A DNA stretch of 64,000 bases from Minisyncoccota bacterium (lineage in GTDB: Bacteria > Patescibacteriota > Minisyncoccia > Phycocordibacterales > UBA2100), in NCBI GenBank assembly GCA_965267345.1, contig OZ253947.1, positions 202,814 through 266,813 of the forward strand, in the 5' to 3' direction. Shown piece after piece: positions 1-9,900 of the stretch. The translations under genes and the position numbers were made by a program. Every line of letters starts with the position of its first letter. Position 1 is the stretch's first letter. Below the pieces are notes generated by a model, which saw nothing but the letters and a program-made list of their open reading frames with translations, did no database searches and was not told where the DNA came from.

Positions 1-792
1 AAACACAATACCCGTGTAGTAATCGAAGCCGCGGGCGATGGTCGGATCGTGGTGCGCATTGGTGATGCCGTAGGCGCGCAATCGCTCAAACAGCTCGGTG
101 AGTTCGTGATTCTCGCCGATGTGTTCGTATGCGGCAATAAACTGCGTCGCTCGATCAGCACCGAGCAGTTCAGTGAGTTTTTCAGTGAACGCGGTATCAA
201 TGGCGTCCATTTTGTCGAGCAGTCGCATTAGTGCGGGACGCTCTTCGTTGCTAATACCCTGTTCAGTAAAAAGGTGCTCGGTGAGGTTGCGGCTATTTAC
301 GCGAATCTCAAAATCAGCTTCATGGGCGCCAAAGGCACGCATGATAGCGTGGGCGAGCGCAATCATTTCTGCATCACCCTCGGTGCCGGCAACGCCAAAA
401 AGGTCGGCATTAAGTTGCCAAAACTCACGCAAACGACCGCGTTGCGTACGTTCGTAGCGGAAGCAGTTTGGAATGGAGTACCAACGCAGCGGAAAGGAAA
501 GTTCGCGGTGTCGTGCGGCAACCATGCGTGCGACAGTTGGTGTCATCTCGGGACGCAGCGTGACTTCACGCCCGCCGCGATCCTCAAACGTATAGGTCTG
601 CTCGGTGACAATCTCCTCGCTCGTTTTACTTTTGTAGAGCTCTGCCGGCTCAAGAATGGAGGCGTCGTACGATTCGTATCCGAAGCTCTCACAGACGCCC
701 GCCATTGTGTTCGTGATGTAGTCGCGGATGAACTTGTCTTCAGGATAGAAGTCGCGAACCCCTTTGTAGCTCTCTGTGTTCCGTGCTGCCAT
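1..792 (-). CDS. hisS: Histidine--tRNA ligase, N-terminal ~264 aa; gene continues beyond window start
   Basis: Reverse-strand translation from ATG (792-790) gives MAARNTESYKGVRDFYPEDKFIRDYI...GGREVTLRPEMTPTVARM...CFRYERTQRGRLREFWQLNADLFG..., which are class II HisRS motifs. No stop before position 1. It is missing from the ORF track because it is open-ended. Confidence 0.85.
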   Translation of the reverse strand, partial: MAARNTESYKGVRDFYPEDKFIRDYITNTMAGVCESFGYESYDASILEPAELYKSKTSEEIVTEQTYTFEDRGGREVTLRPEMTPTVARMVAARHRELSFPLRWYSIPNCFRYERTQRGRLREFWQLNADLFGVAGTEGDAEMIALAHAIMRAFGAHEADFEIRVNSRNLTEHLFTEQGISNEERPALMRLLDKMDAIDTAFTEKLTELLGADRATQFIAAYEHIGENHELTELFERLRAYGITNAHHDPTIARGFDYYTGIVF

Positions 793-836
793 TGCGCAAA
801 TAGTAGCAGAAAACCCAGTATGTGTCTTGCAGCAGA

Positions 837-1406
837 CTACTCACTCTGGGTGGGCCGCTGTTCGAGATTGTATTCAAATCGACTCTTGTGTTCGGTGGCA
901 ATGTCGACGTACGCGAGAATCATATTGCGCACATCACTGGGTCGCGAAATGCCCTCAATGAGGTAGAAGCTTGCTTCGGGACCGGCGGTTTGCACCTGCA
1001 GGTTACCGAATCGCAGTAGTGTCGCGAAGATGCCGTGCGTCTCAACCTTAATGTCCTGCACGCGCTCAATGCGGAGTGTCGATGTGTCGCGCTTAAACAA
1101 GCGCACTTGATTGACGTTAACGATGCGCTTATCGGTGACAATCCACACATCAAGGTAGTAATTCGTCCAGATGGTAAACAGGATGATCCAGATGAGTAGT
1201 AGCCACACGCTGGTAACAAAACCGGCCGCAGCGGGGTGGATGGTTAGGTACGGGGCAATAAAGGGCACCGCGACAAAAGGGAGCGCCCCGACGGCAAGAA
1301 TGCCGATACTTTCACTGAAGTTTACAAACCAGTGCTTGCGCACCACCGCCCGTACGAATTCGTCGGGTTGCAGATGGATGTTACATGCTTGGAGGGCGTC
1401 TTTCAT
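837..1406 (-). CDS. Membrane protein with bacterial PH (bPH_2/YdbT-like) domain
   Basis: Internal ATG at 1406 (MKDALQ...) followed by two TM helices and a PH-like domain (...DVWIVTDKRIVNVNQVRLFKRDTSTLRIERVQDIKVETHGIFATLLRFGNLQVQTAG...). The upstream 65 codons of the track ORF overlap another gene and look like a spurious extension. Confidence 0.6.
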   Translation of the reverse strand: MKDALQACNIHLQPDEFVRAVVRKHWFVNFSESIGILAVGALPFVAVPFIAPYLTIHPAAAGFVTSVWLLLIWIILFTIWTNYYLDVWIVTDKRIVNVNQVRLFKRDTSTLRIERVQDIKVETHGIFATLLRFGNLQVQTAGPEASFYLIEGISRPSDVRNMILAYVDIATEHKSRFEYNLEQRPTQSE

Positions 1407-1414
1407 ACTCTGTA

Positions 1415-1666
1415 TTAGAGGGTTGCAAGCGTTACCGTATGCACAATGAGTGAAATAATGAACACTACACCGATGACGAGATACACTGCAGTGGCTGCCT
1501 GTGCCACTCGTGCATTCATGCTGTACGAGAACCAGTGGTAGATAAGCACGATGCTGTAGAGTGCGCAGGCGACGATGATGAGTGTACACACCACCACCCA
1601 CGCGGTCGGGCCAAGCTGGCTTACCAGTGCACCTTGTGCCGCTGATTCGGTAGTCAAAGCCTCCAT
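1415..1666 (-). CDS. Small hypothetical membrane protein (2 TM)
   Basis: 83-aa ORF with two hydrophobic helices, immediately upstream of the bPH gene on the same strand. No homology recognised. Confidence 0.35.
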   Translation of the reverse strand: MEALTTESAAQGALVSQLGPTAWVVVCTLIIVACALYSIVLIYHWFSYSMNARVAQAATAVYLVIGVVFIISLIVHTVTLATL

Positions 1667-1687
1667 TACTCTATATAGTACAGCCGT

Positions 1688-2095
1688 ATGATTGAATCAC
1701 AAACACCCACTGTCGTCGTAAAGCGCTCGGTACGCGGTATGGGGCTCGGCCTCTTTGCGGCGCGACCGATTCTTAAAGGCGAACACATTCTCGACTACAC
1801 GGGTGACATTATCACTGCCGAAGAGGCAGATACGCGCGACACACGGTATTTATTTGAAATTGATGATCGCTACGTCATTGACGGCACCACGCGCAGTAAC
1901 ATTGCGCGCTACATGAACCACTTCTGTCGCCCAAATGTTGAGGCAGAGGTCATTGCCGGTGAGGTAAAATTTTTTGCATTGCGCAATATCGACGCAGGTG
2001 AAGAGCTGGGCTTTGACTACGGGACTGACTACGTAGCGCAATTTATTGCGCCAAAGGGATGCCAGTGTCCGACACACCGCGATCCTGCACGGTAA
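1688..2095 (+). CDS. SET-domain protein (putative protein-lysine methyltransferase)
   Basis: GMGLGLFA, YLFEID, NHFCRPN (cf. the NHSCxPN SET signature), ELGFDYG and a post-SET CQCP pair. Confidence 0.8.
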   Translation: MIESQTPTVVVKRSVRGMGLGLFAARPILKGEHILDYTGDIITAEEADTRDTRYLFEIDDRYVIDGTTRSNIARYMNHFCRPNVEAEVIAGEVKFFALRNIDAGEELGFDYGTDYVAQFIAPKGCQCPTHRDPAR

Positions 2096-2205
2096 TGTCG
2101 GCCGGCTGCTGTGTCAGCGACGCCCAGAGGGCAAATGCAATTGCCGAGAGGATAAGTGCCAGTACAAGACGCCACACCATTGTGCGCAGTATACCGTATA
2201 GGGAA

Positions 2206-2982
2206 CTATTCGCGAATGCGCCATCCACGACGCAAGAGCGACCAGACGACAATGCCGAGACTCAGTACGAGTCCGGAAATGAGTGCTGCGCCGACAAGAA
2301 GATTTGAATCGTGAATACCTACCATGGCGTAGCGGACGCCATCAACAAGGTAGAAGAACGGGTTGAAGAGTGTAACGGTCTGACCAAGTGGTGGCAGCAT
2401 GTCCAGTGTGTAGAACATACCACCGAGGAACGAGAGCGGCAGAATAATAAAGGTACTGAGAATGTTGAGTTGCTCGAAGCTCTTTGCCGCTAAACCGGTG
2501 ATGATACCAAGGAGGCTGAAGATGACCGAGATCCCAATAATGTAGAGCAAGAACAACAAAGGGTACTGCATGTGGACGGCACCAAACGCCACCCCGACCA
2601 GCACAATAGCAACGCCGACGATAACCGCACGCAGCACCGCGCTGACGACGTAGCCAACCAGCATCTCTAAATATGAAAGCGGTGCGACGAGTAACTCTTC
2701 AATACTGTGAATGAAGCGGGCGAAGTATAGCGCACTTGAAGAGTGGGTGAAGGCTGAGGTAAGCACGTTCATGGTGAGAATACCGGGAAAAACGAATACG
2801 ATGTAGGGGACGCCGCCAATCAGGTCAATACGCGTGCCCACGACTGAGCCGAAGACGAAAATAAACAGCGATGCAGAAATGAGCGGACTGAAAATGGTCT
2901 GAATGACCACGCGGAACGTGCGCTCAATTTCTCGTCGTACTAATGTGTAGAGTCCAATCCAGTTCATATTCATACTAGGCAT
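2206..2982 (-). CDS. ABC-2 family transporter permease
   Basis: Six-TM hydrophobic profile with an N-terminus typical of ABC-2 permeases. Overlaps the upstream ATPase gene by 8 nt. Confidence 0.8.
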   Translation of the reverse strand: MPSMNMNWIGLYTLVRREIERTFRVVIQTIFSPLISASLFIFVFGSVVGTRIDLIGGVPYIVFVFPGILTMNVLTSAFTHSSSALYFARFIHSIEELLVAPLSYLEMLVGYVVSAVLRAVIVGVAIVLVGVAFGAVHMQYPLLFLLYIIGISVIFSLLGIITGLAAKSFEQLNILSTFIILPLSFLGGMFYTLDMLPPLGQTVTLFNPFFYLVDGVRYAMVGIHDSNLLVGAALISGLVLSLGIVVWSLLRRGWRIRE

Positions 2983-3709
2983 CCTGTTTCATCACATCGA
3001 GATAGACATCTTCGAGTTTTTTCCCGCCGGCAATAAGTTCCTGCTTCGTGCCGGTTTTGATGATTTTTCCATGATTAATAAAAGCGATGTCTTCAGCGAG
3101 CAATTCAACTTCATCGAGGTAGTGTGAGGTCAGCAAAATCGTTTTACCGGCCTGTGAGAGCTGGCGCAGGTAGCCCCACAGCTCCCGCCGCAGCTCAACA
3201 TCAACGCCTGCGGTTGGCTCATCAAGAATGAGGAGCTCAGGGTCGTGTACGAGGGCGCGTGCGAGCACCACGCGGCGCTTGAGACCGCCCGAGAGCTCTT
3301 GGAACTTCTTGTGCTTGTGTGGCTCAAGATTGAATTGCGTGAGCAGCTCAGCAATGCGCTCGCGACGTTCTGCCTTACGGAGTCCGTAGTACCCGGCGAC
3401 GTAATCGAGGAGTTTCCAGACCTCCGAAAAGATGTCGACATTAAACTCCTGTGGTGCAATACCCACCGTACGACGCGAGGCGCGGTAGTCCTGTTCGACA
3501 TCGATACCAAAGGTGTGAATTGAGCCGCTGGTAATTTTAGTGATACCGACGATGCAGTTAATGGTTGTTGACTTACCGGCGCCGTTTGGTCCGAGGAGTC
3601 CTAAAAAGCCGCCACGTTTGAGGGTAAGTGAAATATCATCAACGGCAACGGTACTACCGTACGTCTTTTTGAGGTGCTCAATTGCCAGCGCAGGTGCATC
3701 GGTATCCAT
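2975..3709 (-). CDS. ABC transporter ATP-binding protein
   Basis: Walker A GPNGAGKST, ABC signature LSGGLKRR, Walker B LLILDEPT and an H-loop. The true start is probably MDTDAPALAIEHL at 3709; the longer track ORF has an unlikely Cys/Pro-rich extension. Confidence 0.85.
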   Translation of the reverse strand: MDTDAPALAIEHLKKTYGSTVAVDDISLTLKRGGFLGLLGPNGAGKSTTINCIVGITKITSGSIHTFGIDVEQDYRASRRTVGIAPQEFNVDIFSEVWKLLDYVAGYYGLRKAERRERIAELLTQFNLEPHKHKKFQELSGGLKRRVVLARALVHDPELLILDEPTAGVDVELRRELWGYLRQLSQAGKTILLTSHYLDEVELLAEDIAFINHGKIIKTGTKQELIAGGKKLEDVYLDVMKQDA

Positions 3710-3881
3710 AGGGTGCAGAGTATAGCACAGGCATGCCGGCACATCTGTGCATAAGGTGGCGCTGCGGCAGTGTGGTACCATGAGGCCAGTTTCGAATGCG
3801 GTTTGTGTGCAGGGTGTTCTCTTTCGTCGTGCAGCAATCGAGTCGAACAGGTCAGCAATTAGTAGAACAAACGTGTACACA

Positions 3882-4160
3882 ATGGACGAACAGCGAAAAA
3901 TGTTCACCGGTAACTGGACCTGCTCACAATGTGGCGGTCCAATTACTGAATTGCCGTTCGAGCCTGATCCGGCTCGTGAGGGCACGCTTATGTGTCGTGA
4001 CTGTCACCGCAAGCGCCAAGGCGCCGACCGTCCACGACAGGAGCGCACGATGCACGAAGGAAATTGGACGTGTGCAGATTGCAGCGGTGCGATCACCAGC
4101 TTGCCGTTTCAGCCGCGCGACACCAGCAATCTGAAGTGCCGTGACTGCTTCCGCAAGTAG
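3882..4160 (+). CDS. Small protein with two tandem C4 zinc ribbons (DksA/TraR-like CxxC-x18-20-CxxC)
   Basis: Two repeats of GNWTCxxCGGxITxLPFxP...CRDCxRK. Start chosen at the internal ATG 3882 (MDEQRKMF). Confidence 0.55.
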   Translation: MDEQRKMFTGNWTCSQCGGPITELPFEPDPAREGTLMCRDCHRKRQGADRPRQERTMHEGNWTCADCSGAITSLPFQPRDTSNLKCRDCFRK

Positions 4161-4182
4161 CTAGCGCGCGGATACCAAATGC

Positions 4183-4213
4183 AAAACGCCTGTCGTCGTA
4201 CGACAGGCGTTTT
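4183..4213. terminator. Hairpin terminator, potentially bidirectional
   Basis: Perfect 13-bp stem AAAACGCCTGTCG/CGACAGGCGTTTT with a 5-nt loop, 23 nt after the zinc-ribbon gene stop. A-run on the 5' side and T-run on the 3' side. Confidence 0.6.
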
Positions 4214-4238
4214 GCATGACAGGATACGCACAAGTGCG

Positions 4239-4250
4239 TACAATACGCGT
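4239..4250 (+). promoter_or_regulatory. -10 element TACAAT 6 nt upstream of ung ATG (leaderless-type promoter)
   Basis: TACAAT-ACGCGT-ATG. No Shine-Dalgarno sequence. Confidence 0.4.
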
Positions 4251-4913
4251 ATGGACGTTGCACTCGAGCCATCGTGGAAAACACACCTTGCACCGGAATT
4301 CACCAAGCCGTATTTTACGGAGCTTCGCGACTTTGTGCGCAGTGAATACACGAGTGCGACGGTGTACCCGCATCCCAAGCAGCTCTTTCGCGCATTTGAC
4401 CTGTGTCCGTTTGACGCGGTGAAAGTGGTGATTCTTGGTCAGGATCCGTACCACGGACAAGGGCAGGCAAACGGCCTGTGCTTTGCGGTGAATGAAGGAG
4501 TCACGCTCCCGCCGTCATTAAAAAATATCTTTAAAGAAATCGAGAGTGACATTGGGCACGTAGCTGAGCATTCAGGCAATCTTGAACGATGGGCGCGGCA
4601 GGGGGTGCTACTGCTCAACGCGACACTAACAGTGCGCGCACGCACTGCTGGCTCACATCAGGGGAAGGGTTGGGAAGAGTTTACCGATGCGGCGATCCGA
4701 GCGCTTTCTGAAGAGCGCGAACACCTCGTGTTTATGCTTTGGGGTAAGTATGCGCAGCAAAAAGGGAAGGATATCGATTGGACCAAACACCTTGTGCTTG
4801 AGGCGCCGCATCCATCGCCGTTTTCAGCACACAGTGGCTTTTTCGGCTGCAAGCATTTCAGTCAGGCAAATGAGTATCTAAAAGCGCACGGCAAAACACC
4901 CATCGAGTGGTAG
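4251..4913 (+). CDS. ung: Uracil-DNA glycosylase (family 1)
   Basis: GQDPYH water-activating motif, AVNEGV, LLLNATLTV and HPSPFSAH (HPSPLS motif). Start at the internal ATG 4251. Confidence 0.9.
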   Translation: MDVALEPSWKTHLAPEFTKPYFTELRDFVRSEYTSATVYPHPKQLFRAFDLCPFDAVKVVILGQDPYHGQGQANGLCFAVNEGVTLPPSLKNIFKEIESDIGHVAEHSGNLERWARQGVLLLNATLTVRARTAGSHQGKGWEEFTDAAIRALSEEREHLVFMLWGKYAQQKGKDIDWTKHLVLEAPHPSPFSAHSGFFGCKHFSQANEYLKAHGKTPIEW

Positions 4914-4922
4914 CGGCAGCGC

Positions 4923-4943
4923 GCACGAGGACCGCCCTCGTGC
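4923..4943. terminator. GC hairpin 10 nt after ung stop (possible terminator, no U-tail)
   Basis: GCACGAGG-ACCGC-CCTCGTGC, a perfect 8-bp stem. Confidence 0.4.
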
Positions 4944-4963
4944 AAAGCTGGTTGCACCCGCAT

Positions 4964-5058
4964 AAACAAGGACCGACCTTGTTGTGTCGCATACAAGGTC
5001 GGTCCTTGTTTACTTGGCTCTGCGAGCGAGCCTTAGCGAAACAAGGTCGGTCCTTGTA
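4964..5058. repeat. Three copies of a ~19-nt hairpin-forming element in a convergent intergenic region
   Basis: AAACAAGGACCGACCTTGTT at 4964-4983. Its reverse complement ACAAGGTCGGTCCTTGTTT at 4993-5011, so copies 1 and 2 form a ~19-bp inverted repeat. A third copy AACAAGGTCGGTCCTTGTA at 5040-5058. Confidence 0.5.
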
Positions 5059-5082
5059 TATGGGAGGGATTTTTTGTGTTGG

Positions 5083-6153
5083 TTAGAGTCGGGTGTTGAT
5101 CGTTTCAACCGGCTCAGGGGTTTCTTCAACCGTGAACGTTTCGCGGCCGATCAGTACGCCGCGTGACGTTTCGACGTTGCAGCGCCATGTTCCCGCGGTA
5201 AGGCGGCCGGTTTGTGTGTAGCCGCGGAAGCCCTCATCGCGTCCACCGGCAATACCAAACGGGATACGCGAGACAGTGCGCCATGAGTCGGTGCCCGCCT
5301 CATAGACTTCCCAGCGATGTCGAATATTTGTTTCCAGCCCGGGAGGTGCAAAGACTGAGCTAAAGCAGAACGCATCTGCGCCGGTGCGGTGGTGGAACGT
5401 ACTATTAGTGTCCCGCCAAAATGCGTACCACTCGGGTTCTTCGTACTCTGCCAAGTAGACGCTCCCTTCGCGCGTGACGTGGTGGTAGATACCAATATGT
5501 TTCAGTGCGAGTGGTACCGGCGGAATGGCGTGAATAAAGTAGAGAAACATAAAGACTATGGCAACGGCACCAACCGAGAGCTTCATAGTTTTGAAGCGAA
5601 CGGTAACGTCTTCTGGGGTGACGTACTGTACGAGGGTAATGAGTCCGGCAGCGATCGCCAGCGCAACAGCGACACTACCGAGGAATGTCCATACGCTGAT
5701 ACTCCCGACGATGATCGGCACGACGAGCGCGGCATAGGTGAGCAGCAGGACAAACCAAATGACAACCCGCAGATGTGCTCGTGCGTAGCGATTTTTCAAA
5801 AACTCATTTCCGAGAAAGAGAGCCGCGAGCATACTGAGAAAAATCGCACTACCCACCAATGTACCCGAGCGCGTATACAGGATGAGCAGTGCACTCGCGA
5901 GGTTACCGAAACTGAATTGCAGTACACCTAGTAGCGCAATGCGGTAGTATTCTGTGCGCGCAACGGTACGTGACTGCAATGTAACAACGGCAATAGCACT
6001 GAGTGTGAGGTAGCCGATGATAACGGCGTTTTCAAAGAACGCATCAGGACGATTGAGAGTAAAGATATCAAATACGAGTCCCGCGATGAGGGCGAGTGTT
6101 GGAATAAAGGGCAGGTAGGGTTTGAGATAGTGGGGAAGCGAAATACGCGGCAT
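5083..6153 (-). CDS. Polytopic membrane protein with C-terminal soluble domain, hypothetical
   Basis: 356-aa ORF with about 8 predicted TM helices, then a ~110-aa hydrophilic Trp/Arg-rich C-terminal domain. Confidence 0.6.
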   Translation of the reverse strand: MPRISLPHYLKPYLPFIPTLALIAGLVFDIFTLNRPDAFFENAVIIGYLTLSAIAVVTLQSRTVARTEYYRIALLGVLQFSFGNLASALLILYTRSGTLVGSAIFLSMLAALFLGNEFLKNRYARAHLRVVIWFVLLLTYAALVVPIIVGSISVWTFLGSVAVALAIAAGLITLVQYVTPEDVTVRFKTMKLSVGAVAIVFMFLYFIHAIPPVPLALKHIGIYHHVTREGSVYLAEYEEPEWYAFWRDTNSTFHHRTGADAFCFSSVFAPPGLETNIRHRWEVYEAGTDSWRTVSRIPFGIAGGRDEGFRGYTQTGRLTAGTWRCNVETSRGVLIGRETFTVEETPEPVETINTRL

Positions 6154-6253
6154 ATAGCCCTATGCTAGCAGAGACAGAAGACGTTATCCACGCAAGGTCG
6201 TACACAAGAGCACCAGACGCGTATACTAGGAGTGATTAACAGCTTTAATCGTA

Positions 6254-6478
6254 TTGCGTATCATGGATATTCTTACAACACTTCAGGTGCTTGCGTTAGT
6301 ACTCGCTCTCGGTACCGCATACTCGTGGTATCAATTTTATAAGGTGCTTGCAAAAAAGTGCGATACCTGTTCAGTTGATTTGCACCAGAGCCCTTTCAAA
6401 TCAAAGTGTTTTGTGGGCGCTGTCTTTTTCACTGCTGCATTTGTTCTTGCGCTCTACGCGCTATCGCTAGTAGCCTAG
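6254..6478 (+). CDS. Small membrane protein with CxxC pair, hypothetical
   Basis: 74 aa with two TM helices flanking KKCDTCSVDL...KSKC. Confidence 0.4.
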   Translation: MRIMDILTTLQVLALVLALGTAYSWYQFYKVLAKKCDTCSVDLHQSPFKSKCFVGAVFFTAAFVLALYALSLVA

Positions 6479-6501
6479 TATAGGAAACTGTATACAAAAA
6501 A

Positions 6502-6533
6502 ACCGGGACAACTTACGTTGCCCCGGTAGTTTT
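6502..6533. terminator. Bidirectional hairpin terminator between convergent genes
   Basis: ACCGGGACAAC-TTAC-GTTGCCCCGGT (11-bp stem, 1 mismatch), A7 upstream and AGTTTT downstream. The stop codon of the minus-strand ORF lies in the loop. Confidence 0.6.
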
Positions 6534-6767
6534 CAGTGTGTCGATCTCCGAGCGCGGATATTGTCTTCCAGTCGCTCCACATCTCAAATCTCCGCGTCGC
6601 GGGTTGAAATGTGATGGGATGTAGAGTTTATCTGCGTCGTTATCTCTCTGAGAGAGCCAAACGTTCCCACCACACTCCGGGCATTGAATCTGCACAGGAG
6701 AAGCGCTAGGGAGCGACGGTGCTGGTGCACCCGAGGGTGATATCTTCCGCCCTGTGTAGCGATCCAT
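6513..6767 (-). CDS. Small protein with CPECGG zinc-ribbon-like motif, hypothetical
   Basis: Good Shine-Dalgarno GGAGG 7 nt upstream of the ATG. Contains CPECGG...C. Its 3' end overlaps the terminator stem. Confidence 0.45.
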   Translation of the reverse strand: MDRYTGRKISPSGAPAPSLPSASPVQIQCPECGGNVWLSQRDNDADKLYIPSHFNPRRGDLRCGATGRQYPRSEIDTLKTTGAT

Positions 6768-6923
6768 GTTGTACCTCCATCAAAGACCCACCGCCCCCAA
6801 GAATGCTGGAGTGGGTGCTCAAAGTCAATAACACACTAGTCCACACGTCGTACGTACGCACACAACGGTGCTTGGTATGTAGTGCTATGCTAGGAATAAT
6901 GAGAGAGGTAGTTATGACGAGCT

Positions 6924-9900
6924 ATGGATGGGATTGAACGCGGCACTGGCGCCGGCAAAACTCCTGACGGAGATGTTGAGGCAAATGAACAGGCGCTTGC
7001 GCGGGAAGAGATCCACAAGGCTCTTGAAGGAAAGGGCGAACTGTCTGACATTCCTGCTACTGTTGCAAAAATAGTTGAGCAAGCAAATGAGCGATCGCGG
7101 GGATTCTCACCGAAAATATCCTCGGAGGATCTCACATCAGTGCTCACGAGCGTGCGTGAAGCACATCCTGAATACGCAGCGGCACTTGAACAAAAGGCGG
7201 AGCGACGGGCGCTCGAACAAGTCATCTCACGTCTGTACGCCATCGATATGGTTGGACGCATGCGAACGTCAGCCACGAAACGCTTTGAGTTGGAAGTAAA
7301 AAAAGCACAGCGGCAGTTACAGAGTGCACAGACAAACGAAGAGAAAGAAGAGGTACGCAAAAACCTTGAAACCCTCAAGAATGATATTGAAGCAGAACAC
7401 AAAAAGTTTGCCGACATGGAGAGGAAAGTGCGTACGGCGTCAATCGAAACGTCGGTGCAAGATATTCTGGATGATGCGATACCGGATACCTTAGGGGTGA
7501 AAGACGCAATGGGTCGCGAGGCGATCAAAAATACCGTGCGCTTTGCACGAGGAGCTATTGATAAAATGAAAAACCGAGGCAAGCCTGATGCTGTCGGGTT
7601 CCTCAAAACTATCCAAGGGAAATTACCATCATTCTATCCGCGTCGCGGTGAGAGTGACCAGGTAAAAGAAAGTCGCGAAACAGCCCGCGAAGTAGCCAAG
7701 GATCTCAGCATCGAGATTGCTGAGCTCAATGAGTATGGCGATCGTGACATTCGCAAACAGCCCGTATACCCGAAAACACACTTCCGCTGGTGGCATCCGC
7801 AGGAGATGGCAGCACGAAGTGGCATTGGTCGCGCTGGTGAATGGGTCACCTCATATCTGGAAACACTGGGGCTTGTGTCGGCGTTTTCATACGGTGTTGC
7901 TACGACGCTTGACTTGCCACCTGTCTCGCTTAGTAACAACCCGGTTGGCTGGAGTGCGCTTGCCGTTGCGACAGGAGCACTTCTCGTGCGACAGTCGCTC
8001 GCATTCAAATCTGATGTTGAGAAAGAAGCACTCAGATCAAAGCGCACACTATCAAATAAGATTCCCGTATGGATGTTCCCACTCCGTGCTGTTGCCAGTA
8101 CGCTTGAGACAACGGGTATTTTTCTCAAAACTGCAGCAAAACATCCGGTGCGTGCATCGGCTGCAGGTATATCAACATGGGCAGTTGGTACCGCATTGAC
8201 GAAAGCCATACTTATCTCCTTGCAATCGCAAGCAGTGACCGAACAGGGTGTTGCGGGTCATGTGGATGCGGTGAAGCAAGAGTTGAGCCAGCTCGAAGAC
8301 GTTGATGGCCTTACGCCAAGTATGAAGTTGTTTGATGGTCTTATCGATCTTTCAGGATTCGTACCTGAAGGAATGTTTGGCAGCAATCAACCGAAAGAGC
8401 GGCAGCCAGGTGAAGGACTCACGGTGACGGAGCGTGTTGAAAATCAGCCCGACGCTCTTTTACATAGAATGCAGGTAGCCATTAAAGCAGAAGCTGGCGA
8501 CCCTGACGCCATGAGAGAGGCAAAAAAGTGGGGCATCCCACTGTCGGGAACTGCTGGATTGGGACCGCGTGCCGTTGCGCTAGCACAACTCATTGGCCTA
8601 ACGCTTGATGAAGCGCGAGCACTTACCGGTCGCGATGACGGCACCATTCAAGAGACGTCAGCAGAGGTGCGCGCAGGACGTGAGAAAATCCGCACTTTCG
8701 CACAATCACACGGTCTTAGTGACTATATGATCGAGGAGGATATGCAAGATCCACAACTGGTGGTGCGTGCACTGTCTGAACAGTTCAGTGATTCGATCAG
8801 TGATGACATTTCAGAATTCACCAGTAACTACGATCTATTCTTCAGCACGATTAATGATGTGACATCAGCAACGACTGCCACAGCATTTATAAACACACTC
8901 GGAGCGGGACAACCAACACCGAGCCCAGATGACGTGAAGCGAGCAGCTGACCAACTCAAAGCATCGGCTCGAAACATTCAGACCGAGTACGATGAGTACA
9001 GCAATAAGGTATCCGATTTGAGCCGGATTATGGGCGAGAGCATTAAAGCAGTGTACGTTGAAAACAATACCGCAGGAGCACAGTTTATCGATGTAAACAA
9101 AATCGCACTTACTCCTGAACCACTGAAGCTTGATTTCACGAACCTCGACCGCATGGTTGCCGATATAGAGACGACGATGCAGGAAGTGGGGGTCGATAAG
9201 CGCCCTGATGCTATTGGTGATCCAAAAGCTGAGCAGACGCGCTTTGAAGAGTACATGCAGGACGCGGGGATTCGCCTCGACAACCTTGCCGAGTTTTTAA
9301 GTCCCTTTAACGAGATTGAAACCATTGTCGCACTTGAAGCGGGTGAGGATCTCGATCCGGAAATTCGTGACCAACGCGTATTTAATAAAACTATGCAGAT
9401 TCTTGGCATGTCATTGGCGATTCAATTTGCAATGCTACTTGCCGTGAACATTCCGGCAACGCGACGATTGCAACGCGTGCAGGAACAGTGGGGCGAACAA
9501 AATTCGGAACTCATTACCAATGCGGAAGGGCAGATTGTCGACTTCATACACAAGCGTATGAACCGACTCATACATCAGGCACATGCAACGATTAATCGAC
9601 TCGAGAAAAAGCACAAGAGTGTTAAATTCGCGTTCCCCTATGAGCCGGTTGCGCAGAGCGACGTACGACGAGTATTGCGTGCGGTTGGCACTGAAGACTA
9701 CATCAAACAAAACCAAATCATGCAGCTTCTGAGTAAGGGTCCCGACATTGATTTGTCAATCAACAATCGATACTCAAACTGGCTTTTTGCCCTTGGGGAC
9801 CACAAAAATGTTCAGACTATTATTAACGAACTCTTGCCGGGCTGGGACGATGGGCGCCGCCACATTGAGCAGCTGCAGCGTGAATCAGGTGAGAAGCCGG

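Noticed and set aside
2975-3985. N-terminal extensions of several track ORFs (for example ABC ATPase 2975-3985, ung 4179, fmt 38610, def 39685, HI0933 17440, proS 47822, greA 53072, mraZ 55363)
   Set aside because: The extensions have Cys/Arg/Pro-rich artefact composition and overlap neighbouring genes or terminators. The internal ATGs give canonical N-termini and are often preceded by a -10 element 6 nt upstream.
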